Positions 1-12,151 of a DNA stretch of 64,000 nucleotides are shown one piece after another. The notes beneath the pieces are model-generated. The model saw only the letters and a list, made by a program, of their open reading frames with translations. It did not search any database and was not told the origin of the DNA. The stretch lies in NCBI GenBank assembly GCA_951406725.2, contig OX597833.1:11036001-11100000 (forward strand), given 5' to 3'. This DNA is from Octopus vulgaris (lineage: Eukaryota). Every line of letters begins with the position of its first letter. Position 1 is the stretch's first letter. Both the position numbers and the translations under genes were made by a program.

Positions 1-120
1 CCTTCCTATCTTCTAATCATTGTCTCCCCAATTCATTAATTCCCAGCCAAGAAATTCTCTCCCACATGGTTCACCAATTATTTTCTTTTAAACTAAATTG
101 TTACCTTCGCAATTTCGCAG

Positions 121-1994
121 GACCCGGTCCGGGAGCCTTGTATACCCGGTGGGGTAGAACAAAATGTCCACGTAATTCCAGTCTGGTATACGATGGTTAG
201 TATATTCTGTTTCTTATCTCTCTCTCTATTTCTTTCTCACTCTCTCTCTTTCTCTTCCTCTCTCCCTCTCCCTCCTTCTTTCTGATCTACACAAAAGTTT
301 TTCCTATTATAGTATATCACGTTTTAAACGGCGATTATAGATTCTCTTGAGATTACTCAAAACTACTCACTCCGTTGAATTTATTTGGTCATAGCCGAAG
401 TATAAATGCCGTCAAGAATGATCACACGAACAGGATATCATCGAAATTACTCCCTTGAACCCAACCACAGAATATAGTTACCTAAGGACTGTATGCATTA
501 ACTACGCACTATTCCACCACTTAATCACGCTAGTTCCTCATGGTAAGGCAATTCTGAACTTTCCACTCAGAAGACACTATTTTCCACCACTTCCCCATCA
601 ACTTTTCTTTCTTTAAACGAGATTTGTTTTTGTTTGAAATACGATGGAACAGATTTTACCTGTCTATAACCGAACCCTAAACGGTTTCCTTAAAGGTTTC
701 CCAATTCAGCCTAAACTGAACCTTACAATCCTTTCACCACTCACTTTCCTTAAAGACGTAAAATAACCCCAGTGATGCAGCAAATAAAGCCAACGGGACC
801 ATAACGTGTATCTTCACGCGACCTGTTCACGACTAGCCGAGAGTTTTAGCTACGCTGTGCAGGATGTTCTGTTAAATAACTTTTAACTACCCATCGACTG
901 TCAATACTCTGCACCTCACCGTGTTCTTCTATTTTGTATTGGTTAAAAATTCCTTGTATCGTTCTTCTATTTTATCTCCGTTAAAATTTGAACAAAATCG
1001 TCTTTTCCATTTTAGAGGAAATGCGTGACGTAACGGCCTTCCCTTCACACTCTTTTGACATCTGCACACAACCATCTACAGCCATGTATCTAGACATATT
1101 CATAAATATTACCTACACAAACACGTTGGCGTACACCTACAACATATATACATATAAATCATAGACACGTACAGTTTTTAACTCATACACAAACATTCAT
1201 TCAGCAACACAGCTTACACTCGCATCGATAGTAGTTTGTATACACATCCTACACACGTAAACATAGTGAATGTTCAAAACACACCCACACACATAGACAC
1301 ACACACACACATATAGACACACAACTTACACACACACATAAACTCAATCACACACACACACACCCGTATGTGTGTCTATTTATAATCGCCAATTTAAAAT
1401 TGAAAGTTCCTTTTCAAGGATTTCTTTTAATCCGCGTTTTTCTTATTTCACTTTACTTAACATTTTATTTATTTGATATGTTCTTACCAATTCTAGGTGT
1501 GGTTGGTGGATCACCTTTTAACGAAACAGGCGGCGGAAGTAATCTCTTATGTCTACCTAACGACCCCATTTGGGCAAATTACAATGGAGGTGTAAAACAT
1601 TGGGGTCACATATATGGCAGTGAATATGAAACATAAATTCCTATGCGAAAAAATACTTTTCTTCTGCTAACGCTGAATCAATTCATGATCACAACGTTCC
1701 GTGTGCTGTCTGTTTGACACGACAACCTGCTGTTGTTATGATGTTACCAGCCAGGACACAGTGTTACGCTGGTTGGACAGCTGATATTCGGGATATTTGA
1801 TGACCGAATATTATAAATCAAAGGGCAGACATGAATATGTGTGTGTGGATCATGCACCAGAAGCTGATCGGCAGGTTACAGAAACGAAGAATGGAGCTTT
1901 ATTATATTTTGTGAAGGGAATTTGTGGTTCATTACCATGTCCACCGTATGTCTATGGTCGCATTTTAACCTGCGTTGTGTGCAGTAAATATTGA
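121..1994 (+). pseudogene. Copy A (5' part outside window) of short-chain collagen C4-like / NC1-like domain gene; exon 3 121-195, exon 4 1497-1994, frameshifted
   Basis: cag|GACCCGG...GATG|gttagt exon 3 reads [25 protein letters not shown]. ttctag|GTGTGG exon 4 aligns to the intact copies but has indels near 1634 (giving TAA), 1785, 1870 and 1889. These may be assembly artefacts (see findings). Confidence 0.8.
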
Positions 1995-3567
1995 AGTGAA
2001 TATCGTTGAATTTGCTTCTCTATGAAAACTTATGTTAACCAATTACAAGACATAATATAATATCATAAAACAATATAGACGTTTTAAATTCTGTTTGATG
2101 ATATTTTATCGAAGTTATATAAATCGTTAAAATACTCTGTGCTACTAGTTAACAGAAAAATATTATAATGGTGAGAAAATCGGCGCCAGAGAATGTGAGA
2201 ATTATGCTTATAGAACAATGCAAAGCTGAGTGAATAATTCTAGATAAACATTGTATAAGGATCAGTTCATAAAACTAAAATGTGGAAATAAAATTGTATT
2301 TCGTTTAACTGTATTTTGTGTTCTGTCTTAAATATCAATAAATCCCACTTGAAGTAATATCATAGAAATATAAGATGGTTCCATCATTTTTGAGAGGAAT
2401 GTAAGTAGTAATCCTCTCACCACCTATTTTGTTTTTACCTGTATCTATACAACCTCTTGACCCCGGCACAAGATTATTTGACATCCTCATAACCGGAATG
2501 CGTAATCCTCACACCTTGCACCATTTCCTAAACACTGATGCACAACAATCAGGAATGGAATCACCTGGGAGTATCGAATGCGAAGAATTCTCTCACTTAA
2601 AAGCAGAAAAATGGTAAATTGGAGCAAAGATTTGCTTTACAACACTTACCACATACATAGAAAGCAGAGTAAAGACAGCAAAAGGACGTAGAAACATAAT
2701 GAGGGTAAGCAAAGTTACTCTGTGTAAACTGTGTGATATGTTGAGACTGTTACAGCACATCCAATAAGAAACATCACTATGTATTAGTGTAGAATATTCC
2801 TTAGATTAAAGAGAAGAAGAATGGATATTTGGGAGACACAACGTCTTTCATGCAAGTAATTGAGTGACATAAGCTTGCCATTAAGAAAATGCATGTATTT
2901 AGACATTTATAATAGGAATCAACTTTAAAGGTATACATGTGTGTGTGCTTAACCCAATGAACCTTTTGGAAAATTCGGACTGAGAATCGTAGCTACGTTT
3001 GAGTAGCACAGAGTGCGTTCTGTTTCAATAAATATTTCTGCGATATGATATTTTAGATGAGCACAACCGTCTATTTATTTGTTTAATACTATTAAACACT
3101 CGACGTATTTCCTTACTTATACGCGGTCAATATTTAGAGTTTCATATATTTTGAAATAATTTTATACTTTTTTATTTACTTTCTAATGTTTGACCCTGAA
3201 AAAAGACATGTTAATGCTTTTAATAATAAAGACCCATTCATTTATACAAGGCTTTGTTTCCTTACCAAAATATATCAATGATTGGAACAAAATCAAATGA
3301 CTCACAAAAGCGATCCACCACAAACCTGCAACTTTCCTCCTTCCTGGGAACATTTGGGCAAAGATAAAGAGTGCAGGGAAGAGCATGGCTATTCTACTGG
3401 GGGTGGGGCAAAATAAAGCAATCTAATAGATGATAATGTTTTCATTAAAAAAAAATTATGCTTAAATAAAAGTAATTCAATATAAATACGATAAAATTTA
3501 CAAAGAACAAAACAAAAACAAGCAATAAAAATCTGTGAACGAGATGTAAAGAGTAACCGATGGACAA

Positions 3568-3817
3568 CGTAAAGTATACTCAGCCATCTCAATATGGCTA
3601 ACCACCACAAAGGGTGGGTGTTACTGTAGCTTGTAGCCCCAGGAGATCATCGTCTCCAGCTGGCTTTAGGCACACTATCTATGCCCTTATGGTATTTGCA
3701 AAGGCAGGTCATAGTGTGCCTAAAGCCAGCTGGAGACGATGATCTCCTGGGGCTAAAAGCTACAGTAACACCCACCCTTTGTGGTCAGCCATATTGAGAT
3801 GGCGATTATACTTTACG
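3568..3817. mobile_element. Foldback/MITE-like palindrome (about 110-bp arms)
   Basis: CGTAAAGTATA...GGCTTTAGGCACACTAT is inverted as ATAGTGTGCCTAAAGCC...TATACTTTACG around a loop of about 30 nt. Confidence 0.8.
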
Positions 3818-4373
3818 GAAACAAAAACAGTTAAGTCTAAAACAGATTTATGAAAAACACACATGTTTAAAAAAGCAATTTTTTTCATTGCTGCAATTTT
3901 TCTAAATTAGGTTGCCTGTCATATCTTCGAAATTATCTACAGGGTGAAATTATCTCTGGGCCAAGTTTCCTACGGTGATAATTCCTGAGACGAGTTTTCC
4001 TGAAGTTTAAGTGTTTACGGCGAATATTCCCAGAACAGTCAAAGATAAGCTAGTAAAAGCCATCGCAGTTGAATCTGGTGTTAAAAAGGGCGGACTCCTG
4101 CCTACTACGATGTTTGCCATTTGGTTTGTTGCTGATTTGCTCCAAGCCTTTCAGGCTGTGTCACTCGCTACAGGTTAGACATTGAAATACTAGTGAATAC
4201 CGACGATGACTAATGTATACTGAAGCCCCCACCCGGCTGTTCTCGGCGTCCTGCATGCTGGAATGCATGCATTCTAATGAATTCTACAACTGTATGATAC
4301 TACACACACACACACACTTAAACAACACGCACACACAGACACACACACAGACACACACTCACACACACACACA

Positions 4374-4418
<45 letters not shown>

Positions 4419-4759
4419 CCGCAGAGAAGATTTTGATTATCATAAATTTATCGTCAGCAGAAATATTTTAATACGATTAAGTGTAAATAAAATCGAATAA
4501 TCTTTAACATCAGGTTTAACCAATAAAAACACTAGACTGCATTAAATAAAGCTTTGCAGTTACAGTCTGTACAGATGTTGAACGGACAATGTAGTCCCCT
4601 ACATGAATATTACAGCAGTTTCGCAAAAATAAAGAAGTAAACATTAAGAAATAAATAAATAAGAATTCTCCAACAAATTGGCATTTGTTTTCAGTTTACA
4701 AATTTGTGCTGAAGTCAGTAAAATATTCTGCTGACTGTTCTGTGTTAATCGTGGATCAT

Positions 4760-4925
4760 CTCCATCCAATCACAAAAGGTGTCATTTAAAAGGTGACACC
4801 CACCATTATTGTAATATCAATCTGATTGGTTCCTGAATTTACGATTAGATTTTCGGCGGGGTTGGGTTGTGGAGGGTGAAAAATATCAAAAAGCCGGAAT
4901 CAGACGTCAACAATTTTCAGTTACG
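4760..4925 (+). promoter_or_regulatory. Putative core promoter of copy B (conserved upstream of C, D and E)
   Basis: CCAATCAC, reverse CTGATTGG, G-rich box, TATA-like TATCAAAAA (TATAAAAAA in copy D at 34700), GACGTCA and Inr-like TCAGTT about 115 nt before the ATG. Motif inspection only. Confidence 0.45.
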
Positions 4926-5327
4926 ATCCCAAAGCGAGAAGCTCACACTTATAAACTCCAGCTTACATCAACTTCAGATTTATCATTAAACCAATACGAA
5001 ATAACAGGCTGCACGGACGACCGAAAACCGCAATGGAAATCGCTCAGGTGGGGAAGATCATTTCGCAGCGGTTTTCCGTTTCTTCTCTCATAACTTTTGG
5101 ACTGTTTCTCGTGTTGACCATCACGAATCTTCATTTAGATGCAAGGACCAGAAAGATAGAAGAAAAATCAACCGCAGTAAGTAGAGGACACCTGAAGTTT
5201 CTATATTTTAGTTGCAAGAAATGTATACGTATATCCATCCATCAATCCATCCATACGCACATACATACATATATAGACACATGTATATATATGTATTGTT
5301 TTATATATATATATACATATATATATA

Positions 5328-5362
<35 letters not shown>

Positions 5363-5706
5363 GTGTATATATATATATATATATGTGTGTGTGTATATAT
5401 ATATACATATCTATATATGTATATATGTATTTATGTACATATATGTTCATACATACACATACACACACAAACAAACACACATCATCTCTACACATTCCCT
5501 TCTCTCTTTTCGGTTCTTCTCAATCTCTCCCTTTTCATCCTCTTAATGCTTTTTATCCTCTTAATCCTTTCTGTCGAAAAGCGTGCGGTCGAAATACAAA
5601 AAACTCTTCCATTCTACCCGAGCGTTGAAATTAATGCACTTGCTTGTGGTTTCTACACCCGTCCTTTTCTTTTGTTTTCTGTAAATTTGAAATCTCTCTC
5701 TCATTC

Positions 5707-5774
<68 letters not shown>

Positions 5775-5852
5775 ACACAAAATAAACACACACACACAGA
5801 CACAAAGAGACACACACGCGCGCACACACACACAAACAGACACTCACGCACA

Positions 5853-5883
<31 letters not shown>

Positions 5884-5908
5884 CACACGCACATACACAC
5901 ACAAAAAA

Positions 5909-5969
<61 letters not shown>

Positions 5970-6477
5970 TACACACACAGAGACGCACAGAAATATAGAT
6001 ACATACACTATGGTCTTTTTCTTCGGATGACGTTTTCGTGCTTAATTGCCGAAGAATTCCTGGGATGATTTGTTTCCAGAGCTCCCTCCGTCAAATTAAT
6101 GAGCAAGTCCAGAAATGTGCCATACGATCAGTTGTCGATATATTTGCAGTGCAATGTAAATAGTTTTGCCCAAGAACATAACGCCCCACCTTCTGCTTGA
6201 ATCGAACGTACAACCCTTTGTTCGTGAGTTTAAAACCTGAAGCACTAATCCACGTTTAAATATTTTAGCGTATATAAATATATGCATCTATCCCTATAAG
6301 GCAGACTTACATAAACGAACAAACACGCATTCACATGCGGAAAGATACACACAAACGCATATATATCGGCTTGTTGGACCGCTGAATTCCGGACAGATAT
6401 CTTTCCGTGAAAATAAATATCTTTTCCATTGAAACAAAAATAATAGTTTCCAAAACCGTGTATCTCTCACTATACGT

Positions 6478-7121
6478 CAACATGCACGAAGAATGTACCA
6501 AATACATTTGGGAAAACGGTTGTTCCAGTTTGTAAATCTACAAGTAGAAGGGTAGATATCCCAGTATTTATTGATTTCGCTTTCTGTGTCGAATTGGCAC
6601 CCAAAGCTCTACATAATCTATTTTTTAAAATGTATCTAACTTTCCGTACTGGTTTCTTCAGCTGAAGGCACCGTCACGTCCGAACGAACATTAGCGAGGA
6701 AGTATAAATTCAAAATTCAAATTAGTTATCATCATCTAAAAAAACTATTGATAAAATGGCCAACGAACATAATCTGAATATGAAAAATATATATGAAAAG
6801 TCAGGGTACACTAAGTAACTATTTGCATGAAAGAAGAATGAAATTCCAAAACCACGTATCTCTCAATATATGTAAACACGCACGAAGAATGGTGCAAATA
6901 CTCTAAGAAATTTTAATTTATGTTTGTTTGCCATTGTTGATTTCGGAAGTCGGGGGCATTCAACTGAATAAAGGTACACGGAAAGGTAAATATATTTTTA
7001 AAAGTAGGTTACGTAGAAAGCGAAATGAATTGATGCTGGGATATCTACCCACCTGTTTGTTGATTTACAAACTGGAAGATTCGTTTTTCTAAATGCATTT
7101 GCAACATTCTCCGTGCGTGTT
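6478..7121. repeat. Intronic imperfect inverted repeat (arms about 6478-6670 and 6958-7121); copies at about 11375-12034, 22511-23137, 27231-27883, 53118-53782; right arm only at about 38185-38306
   Basis: TTCCAGTTTGTAAATC...GGGTAGATATCCCAG...ATTTCGCTTTCT versus AGAAAGCGAAAT...CTGGGATATCTACCC...GATTTACAAACTGGAA. Confidence 0.8.
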
Positions 7122-9750
7122 TTCTTTCGTTAGGCTTAATTAACTCTCATTGTGATGGGTTTGCTTTTGCCATATAAAAGCATGAAATAAAGGAGTACCC
7201 GATGCACAGAGGAGACAAGATAACGGTAAGCCACCAAGATGTAACACAACGATGAAAATTTGGTGGAATTAACAATGAAGTTGTCTGCCACATCTTCAAA
7301 AGAAGCTGTCCAAAAGTGCCATTATTGTATTGCTTAGCTTTAAATTCTGAACATTGATGAATTTTCTGAAAATCTATTTCTATGATGTTATTTCTATTTT
7401 TTCACAGAACCGTTTCCTTTCCAAGAAATCTCTGGATGACAAAGCTGATCACACGCCAAGTAAGAACTAATTTTATATCGTGCAAGATAAAAACGTATTA
7501 TTACCGGATTAAATATTATAAAATATTCTGTTTCAATGTATTTTAGCTAAATTCATTTAAATGTGTCTCCTCACCTACTGGCTTCCAATTTTTTGCGGGT
7601 TCCATTCGTTTTTCATTTTTTACATAATCTGCTCAACGAAATACACAACTTTAAGTTGCATGCTTAAATGAAGTTGAAAATGTAACCCTCTTATGCTATG
7701 ATATTTACTATGTTTATATGAGTTTATATGCAGGACCACGTCAATAAATGAAAGCAATTTTGTGTACATGTAAGACTATAATCTGGAAAAAAGTATGTAA
7801 GAAATATTTTTATTTCAGATCAAATATTAGTGTAAGCACTAAGAAATTGTTGGGTTTACCCTATGTTGTAGTAAGAAACCGAATCAATAAAACCATCGAC
7901 ATATTGTTGTTGCTCAGTAATTCTGCGAGTCTGGTGGTTGTAGAGAAACCAGGCACCTGTCTTCGAGTGCCATTCCAGAGGGAAGCAATTGTTATTAAGA
8001 TTACCGGTTTAGTTGACAAGCGTAACAAATCTGAGCCGATGGGTATTATCTACCCATCTCTTTTCTGGTCTATCCCCAGATCCCTCGCCGGCTGATCCAG
8101 ATTGAAGAATTCGTCTTGTGATTCTTTTACTGTGGAATTGAAATCGCATGTACATCGTACCTGAGCTGTCATCTCTCAATGCAGGGAATCAGAAGTTCGA
8201 ACTGGAGACATTTGCTGATCTCTGATTAACCATCGCAGTCGAATAACGTTCGAATAATTGCAAGAGATCCCTTGCAATTCGCATAATTTCGGTCGCAGTA
8301 TTTCAGTCACGAAATTTTAACTTCAACACCAATAGTTAATGTCTTTTACCTTCGTGTTTCGCTGTGTCTCTAGTTTAGTGTTCTGTACATTTGCAGGTCG
8401 TATACTTAAGAATATTCTAGAAATATGTTTAAAGGCAACACTTCTTTCATTATAATTAATGATATTCACCTTTCTAATTTAAAAAATGATATTATACAAA
8501 ATAGGTTTTAAATACAGATATTTTAAAGACAAATGCTAAATTCTCTTTGCACCTAAAATTAAAAATCAATTAATAGCAGCATATCTCTCACAAATGAATA
8601 CATTTCTAGAGAATTTTAATTTTGAAATAATGTTATATTCTAATTAAATTTAAGTTAAATTTGTATTTCAATATGGTTTTTATATGTATATATTCTAATG
8701 CATAAAAGCAAATAATAAAAATATGAAATCGCAAAAATAAATTTCATTACTGTTAAATAATTTTAGACAGGCTTTTCCTAAACATATTTTTCTCATTGAA
8801 CGATTTCATTCCACTTCAAATAATGTATTTCTTCTCTGAAAAAGAAATAAATATCTTGATTTCTTAAAATTATCACCTGTACCCTTTCCTTACTTAAAGC
8901 CACATAGATGACTTTGTAGCTAATATCTTTGACAAAGCTTTCACCATAAGATACGTTTCATAGAGCTCTATGACCACGATACGGAAAGAAGCGGCTTCCA
9001 GCGGCTACAGAGAATCTATTTAATCGCTGTCTACATTCAAACTAAGTGATCAATGGAATCAGATTATGCATATCATAACACAAAATATATTAAAATAACA
9101 AAAATATTTTAATTTTTTGACAATTATTCCATTTTCTTGATTCCTTAAAGCCACACCACTTTTGTAAGACATTTTCTTGGCGAGTTTTCGTCTTAAATTC
9201 CATCCCATATAGCACTTCCATTTGAACGTAGCTACTGTACCGTCTTCTTTAACAATAGCTGAGATGTTCTGATGAAAAATCAACTTTTCTGGTTACTTAC
9301 CATTTTCTTCGTCACTTAAATTCATACAACTTTTTCCAAACTAATAATCTTCACCAAAAGTTCCTTCGCAATGAACACATTCTTTTAAACCTAATTATAT
9401 ACATTCCTTTAAAAATAACCAATATATGTTGATTCAAAGTGAAATTTTTATTCTCACCCTCCATTTTTGATCTGTCCCTTTATTTTATTTTTGATCTTGC
9501 CTTTTATTTGATGCTCCAACCTTGAATTAATTTATCTCAAAGAATTTAGCTCAAGACTCGATCATCATTGCTAAAAAACCGCATTCAATTCGGCTGAGAA
9601 GTGAATTAGTGATGAATCATGCAAATCTTTACCAGTAACTAAAAGTATACATTCACCCCCAGGCGTGGGGGACTATTTCTCGGGATCAGCTTTACGTTCA
9701 GAGGAGAAAGAATTTTCAAACCCTTTGTTTGTTTGTTTGTTTGTTTCTTC

Positions 9751-9785
<35 letters not shown>

Positions 9786-10086
9786 AACACATTAAATCCT
9801 CTGTCCTACATAACATTAGTTCGTTCGTTCGTTCCTTTCTTCCTCCAACCCCTCTTTCCTTCCTTCCGTCCTTCATTCCTCCTTTCATTCCTTCCTTCCT
9901 CCCTTCCTTCCTTCCTTTCTATCTGTCTTACTGTCTTTCTTTCATTTTTCTACCTTTTTTTCATTCTTTCGTTCTTTCTTTCTTTGTTTCTTCGTTCCTT
10001 CTTTCCTTCCATCCCTCCTTCCTTCCCTCTCACCCTTCCTTACTTCCTTCTTTCTTTCCTTCCTTCCTTCCTTCCTTCCTTCCTTC

Positions 10087-10119
<33 letters not shown>

Positions 10120-10401
10120 TTCCTTCCTTCCTTCCTTCCTTCCTTCCTTCCTTCCTTCCTTCCTTCCTTCCTTCCTTCCTTCCTTCCTTCCTTCCTTCCT
10201 TCCTTCTTTCCTTAGTTCCCTCCTCCCTTCCTTCCTTCCTTCCGTCCTTCCTTCCTTCCTTCCGTCCTTCCTTCCTTCCTTCCTTCCTTCCTTCTAATCA
10301 TTGTCTCCCCAATTCATTAATTCCCAGCCAAGAAATTCTCTCCCACATGGTTCACCAATTATTTTCTTTTAAACTACATTGTTTCCTTCGCAGCTTCACA
10401 G

Positions 10402-10476
10402 GACCCGGTCCTGGGTCCCTGTATGCCCGGTGGGATGCAACAAGATGTCCACGCAACACCAGTCTGTAATACGATA
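10402..10476 (+). pseudogene. Duplicated exon 3a of copy B with in-frame stop
   Basis: 75-bp exon-3 homolog with AG/GT retained; CTG GTA TAC has become CTG TAA TAC (stop at 10467-10469). Confidence 0.85.
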
Positions 10477-12099
10477 GTTAGTATATTCTGTTTCTATTCT
10501 TTCACTCTATTTCTTTCTTTCACTCTCACTTTCTCTTCATGTCTCTCCCTCTCTCTCCTTCTTTCTGATCTACACAAACGTTTGTCCTATTATAGTATAT
10601 CACGTTTTAAACGGCGATTATAGATTCTCTTGAGATTACACAAAACTACTTACTCCGTTGAATTTATTTGGTCATAGCCGAAGTATAAATGCCGTCAAGT
10701 GTGACACGAAATCCCAGTACACCGTCTGGAACGTCACCTGCAGAATTAATATTCGCTAGGAAGATTAGATCTGTGTTCGAGAAGATGCCGCAGTGTAAAA
10801 CTTGAAAAATATCGGACAAGAAATGTAATACAAAATATTTCATAATTGGTGACAAACTTTGATAAAAATAAATATGCAAAATGGCAAGAGAATGTGGGAA
10901 GACGGAGTAATTGCTAATCAGAATAGCAAAGAGTTATTTCCCAATATTAGTATAAAAGACTTATGAACCAACATAAAATAATGTGGTTTACTGAGTTTTA
11001 ACGTCAAAGGAAACCAAATTAATGAACAGGTCCAGAAATGTGCCATACGATCAGTTGTCGATATATTTGCAGTGCAATGTAAATAGTTTTGCTTGAATCG
11101 AACGTACAACCCTTTGTTCGTGAGATTAAAATCTGAATCACTAAACCACGTTTAAATATTTTAGCGTATATAAATATATGCATCTATCCCTATAAGGCAG
11201 ACTTACATAAACGAACAAACACGCATTCACATGCGGAAAGATACACACAAACGCATATATATCGGCTTGTTGGACCGCTGAATTCCGCAGAGATCTTTTT
11301 CCGTGAAAATAAATATCTTTTCCATTGAAAGAAAAATAAAAGTCTCCAAAACCGTGTATCTCTCACTATACGTCAACATGCACGAAGAATGTAGCAAATA
11401 CATTTGGGAAAACGGTTGTTCCAGTTTGTAAATCCAGAAGTAGAAGGGTAGATATCCCAGTAATTACTGATTTCGCTTTCTGTGTCGAATTGGCACCTGA
11501 AGCTCATCGGCAAGTCTTACTACGTAAACTATTTTTTAAAATGTATTTAACTTTCCGTGCTCGTTTGTTCAGCTGAAGGCACCGTCACATCCGAACGAAC
11601 ATTAGCGAGCAAGTATAAATTCAAAATTGAAATAAATTATCATTATCTTTAAAAAATAATGATAAAATGGCCAACGAACATAATCCAAATATGAAAAATA
11701 TATATGAAATATTTAGGGTACAGTAAGTAACTATTTGCATGAAAGAAGAATGAAATTCCAAAACCACGTATCTCTCAATATATGTAAACACGCACGAAGA
11801 ATGGTGCAAATACATTCAGAATTTTCAATTTATGTTTGTTCGCCATTGTTGATTTCGGAAGTCGCGGGTCTTCAACTGAAAAAAGGTACACGGAAAGGTA
11901 AATATATTTTTAAAAGTTGGTTACGTAGAAAGCGAAATGAATTCGATTCTGAGATATCTACCCACCTGTTTGTAGATTTACAAACTGGAAGAATAATTTT
12001 TCTAAATGCTTTTGCTACATTCACCGTGCGTGTTTAAATTCTAAACATTGATGAATTTTCTGAAAATCTATTTCTATGATGTTATTTTTTTTTTCACAG

Positions 12100-12151
12100 A
12101 ACCATTTCCATTACCAGAAATGTCTTGATGATAAAGATGTTCACACGCCAA
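12100..12151 (+). CDS. Alternative stalk exon 2b of copy B (NHFHYQKCLDDKDVHTP-R)
   Basis: ttttcacag| 52 bp open |gtaaga; same length and phase as exon 2a. Confidence 0.6.

Noticed and set aside
2380-2960. Possible decayed LINE-like coding sequence downstream of each gene (and 31760-32520, 45330-46080)
   Set aside because: Only vague peptide resemblance with many stops; cannot be assigned without a repeat-library search.
5177-6030. HT/YI/CV-repeat ORFs here and in the other introns
   Set aside because: Products of (CA)n, (TA)n and (ATAC)n repeats. The real frame leaves exon 1 at the GTAAGT donor at 5177.
7748-8095. 115-aa ORF repeated at 23691-24038, and 74-aa ORFs upstream of each ATG
   Set aside because: Conservation is explained by recent duplication. 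The 115-aa frame is broken in copy D, and no recognisable motifs are present.
9655-9685. GGGGACTATTTCTC kappaB-like motif and small CCCCCA/TGGGGG hairpin in intron 2
   Set aside because: Imperfect match, absent from copy D, and conservation elsewhere simply reflects duplication.
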